From Zygnema circumcarinatum SAG 698-1b (lineage: Eukaryota > Plantae > Zygnematophyceae), in the NCBI GenBank assembly GCA_037447605.1, contig CM074820.1, positions 868,001 through 932,000 on the forward strand: a stretch of 64,000 nucleotides of DNA, read 5' to 3'. Both the position numbers and the translations under genes were made by a program. The notes below the pieces were generated by a model. That model was not told the DNA's origin and did not search any database. It saw nothing but the letters and a program-made list of their open reading frames with translations. Shown piece by piece: positions 62,476 through 64,000 of this stretch (positions are counted from its first letter, which is position 1; every line of letters begins with the position of its first letter).

Positions 62476-64000
62476 AAGGATCTCTTTTGGATCGTACTGG
62501 TCGTCCGTACAGTTGTACGGACGCACCGACATACGGATCCCGCCGCCAGAGACCTGGTCAAGCAAGGCCGCCAAGATAGCCGATACGCGACGGGCGGCAA
62601 TACTCCACGGTAGATGCGCGCGGTGGCATTTTGATGGGGTACCGTCTGCATCGGTGACGGACGGGTGCCGGCTGTGTCCACTCGCCGCATTTCTAGCCGC
62701 GGCGCCACGATGGCCGCGCGCCGCTCGACAGCGCCTGAGCGCGGGCGAGACCACGGGCTTGTCCTTAGCCGATAACTCGGTTAAGGATCTCCGCCACGCG
62801 GCGGGCTCTGATTGGGCAGTCCCGCTCCCGGTCCTCCATGCTGGTAGGGGGTTCAACGGGGGGAGCTTAAGGGGGCTGCGCCCGGATGGGAGACCATCCG
62901 AGCTCTTTGTACCAGCATTGAGCTCACGCTCCTCTCTCTCTCTTCCGCTCTTGACACTTAGACTTTCAGAACAGCCTGCTAGGGGGCAGGTTGTTACAAC
63001 CGGTCACTTCAAGAGGAACTGCCCCAACGTTCAGAATGGCGGTTCATCCTCGAATGCAGATGCTCTAAACGAGCAAGAAGGGAGGAGGGGTGATGGCAGG
63101 TATCCCAGAGATGAACGCAAGAGGATTCACGAGACGAACTTGATGTTCTCAGATTGGGGACCTAATGATGAGTTTGTCGGATGTCTTAGAGTTGAAAATT
63201 CAGCTAAACCTTGGGTGATCGATTCCTGCTTCAAGGCACATGTGCGGATGACTCCACTCTTTGCGCAGAAGGAGATTCTTGGAGGAACCCGCCGGCCCAC
63301 TCAGCAACTGGAGAAGTGAGTCTCGTGACGCAAGGCGAAATGTAAATTTCAAGCAGGTGCTCGGGAGGGAAGCACGCAGAGGGTTGTCCAAGTTGGTAAC
63401 GTACTGCATACTCCCGGACTACAGATTAATTTCCTCTCTGTTAGTCAGCTGTGTGAGAAGGACTATGGAGTATGGTTTGAGAAGGGTAGTTGTGAGGTCA
63501 TTCACAAGGAGACAGTAAGTAAGTCTTGTGCAAGGGGAATCCAAGGTGGGCTTTACTTTCTAGAGTGGAAGGAGGCTCAAGGCCCCACATCCCCGCCAAG
63601 GACCCTGTGGAGGGAACCCATTCTACCTCATAAGATAGATCCAGACCTGCTTGAGGTGGAGGGAAAGGGGATGCTAGAGTAAGCATTGAGGCTCAAAAGG
63701 GAGCAGGGATTATTTCGCCAACGACATTTCAGATAGCCGGGCTAAGGGGGTTGAAAGACCCATCACCGAAAGGGTGGACATTAGTGGTGGTGAGAATGTG
63801 TGCGAATTCCAGGATCACTCAGAGTTAGTGAGCTCCAGGGAGGCCGGAAACACGGGCTTGTTGCATCCAAACAAGGATGGAGTTGAAGTGGAGGAGTCCT
63901 TTCAACCCAGGGTAGTTGAGCAGCCTGAGCATAAGGTTGCGGCTACAAAAGGAATACCCGCTACGTTGACCTATGAGGAGTTCACGGAAGCGCCCAGGAT

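Larger units (their letters stand above)
55917..62998 (+). mobile_element. Full-length Ty3/gypsy chromovirus nested in the copia C gag
   Basis: LTRs ~55917-56599 and 62336-62998 (TGTAGCG...GTTGTTACA), PBS TGGTATCAGAGCC at 56601, PPT AGGGGGGAGTAA. Gag CFRCRKVGHRSYDC, protease LLDTGA, RT LRMCIDYRALN/YLDD, RNase H CDASG/EQELLA, integrase MDLITDLP/SDRDTRF/QTERVN, chromodomain YEVEAI...YLVKWLGY. ACCGG occurs at both flanks (55908-55912, four nt off the LTR start, and 62999-63003). Confidence 0.93.
54123..64000 (+). mobile_element. Ty1/copia element C (5' LTR 54123-55169, PBS, gag), split by a chromovirus and continuing past the window end
   Basis: LTR TGTTAGTG...GCATCA, PBS AGTGGTATCGTGAGC, gag FDGKNYKLWKFRM and LGGLPDRF. 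The zinc knuckle is split into CYLCGRP (before ~55913) and GHFKRNCP (after 62999). Protease-like WVIDS near 63210. Confidence 0.8.

Overview
Eukaryotic nuclear DNA from a green plant. The gene set and the microsatellite-rich GT-AG introns suggest a streptophyte alga or seed-free plant; the species cannot be fixed from the sequence. Bases 1-36.5 kb hold seven spliced genes in alternating orientation, rebuilt by hand exon by exon: (1) an At3g19780-like thioredoxin-fold protein (3' end outside the window), (2) an MS2/FAR2-type fatty acyl reductase, (3) TRAPP subunit TRS33 with a TTAGGG-type array just upstream, (4) a fasciclin-like AGP, (5) a ~1005-aa three-domain glycosyltransferase (GT8 + GT64 + GT61-like), (6) an orphan polytopic membrane protein with 17-aa repeats preceded by a MITE/foldback cluster, (7) a TMEM135-family gene. 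Bases 36.8-64 kb are a retroelement nest: a CRE-clade non-LTR element, four Ty1/copia copies or fragments, a solo LTR inside a sister LTR, and Ty3/gypsy elements. Top candidate for an undescribed system: the GT8-GT64-GT61-like fusion, whose first two domains follow the order of plant GIPC sphingolipid head-group synthesis. Second candidate: a full-length chromovirus with tRNA-like LTR modules, a -1 frameshift signal and an extra methyltransferase-like domain between Gag and protease. Much of the sequence after ~42 kb is indel-rich and may be low-accuracy assembly. Homology calls are from recalled motifs, not database searches.
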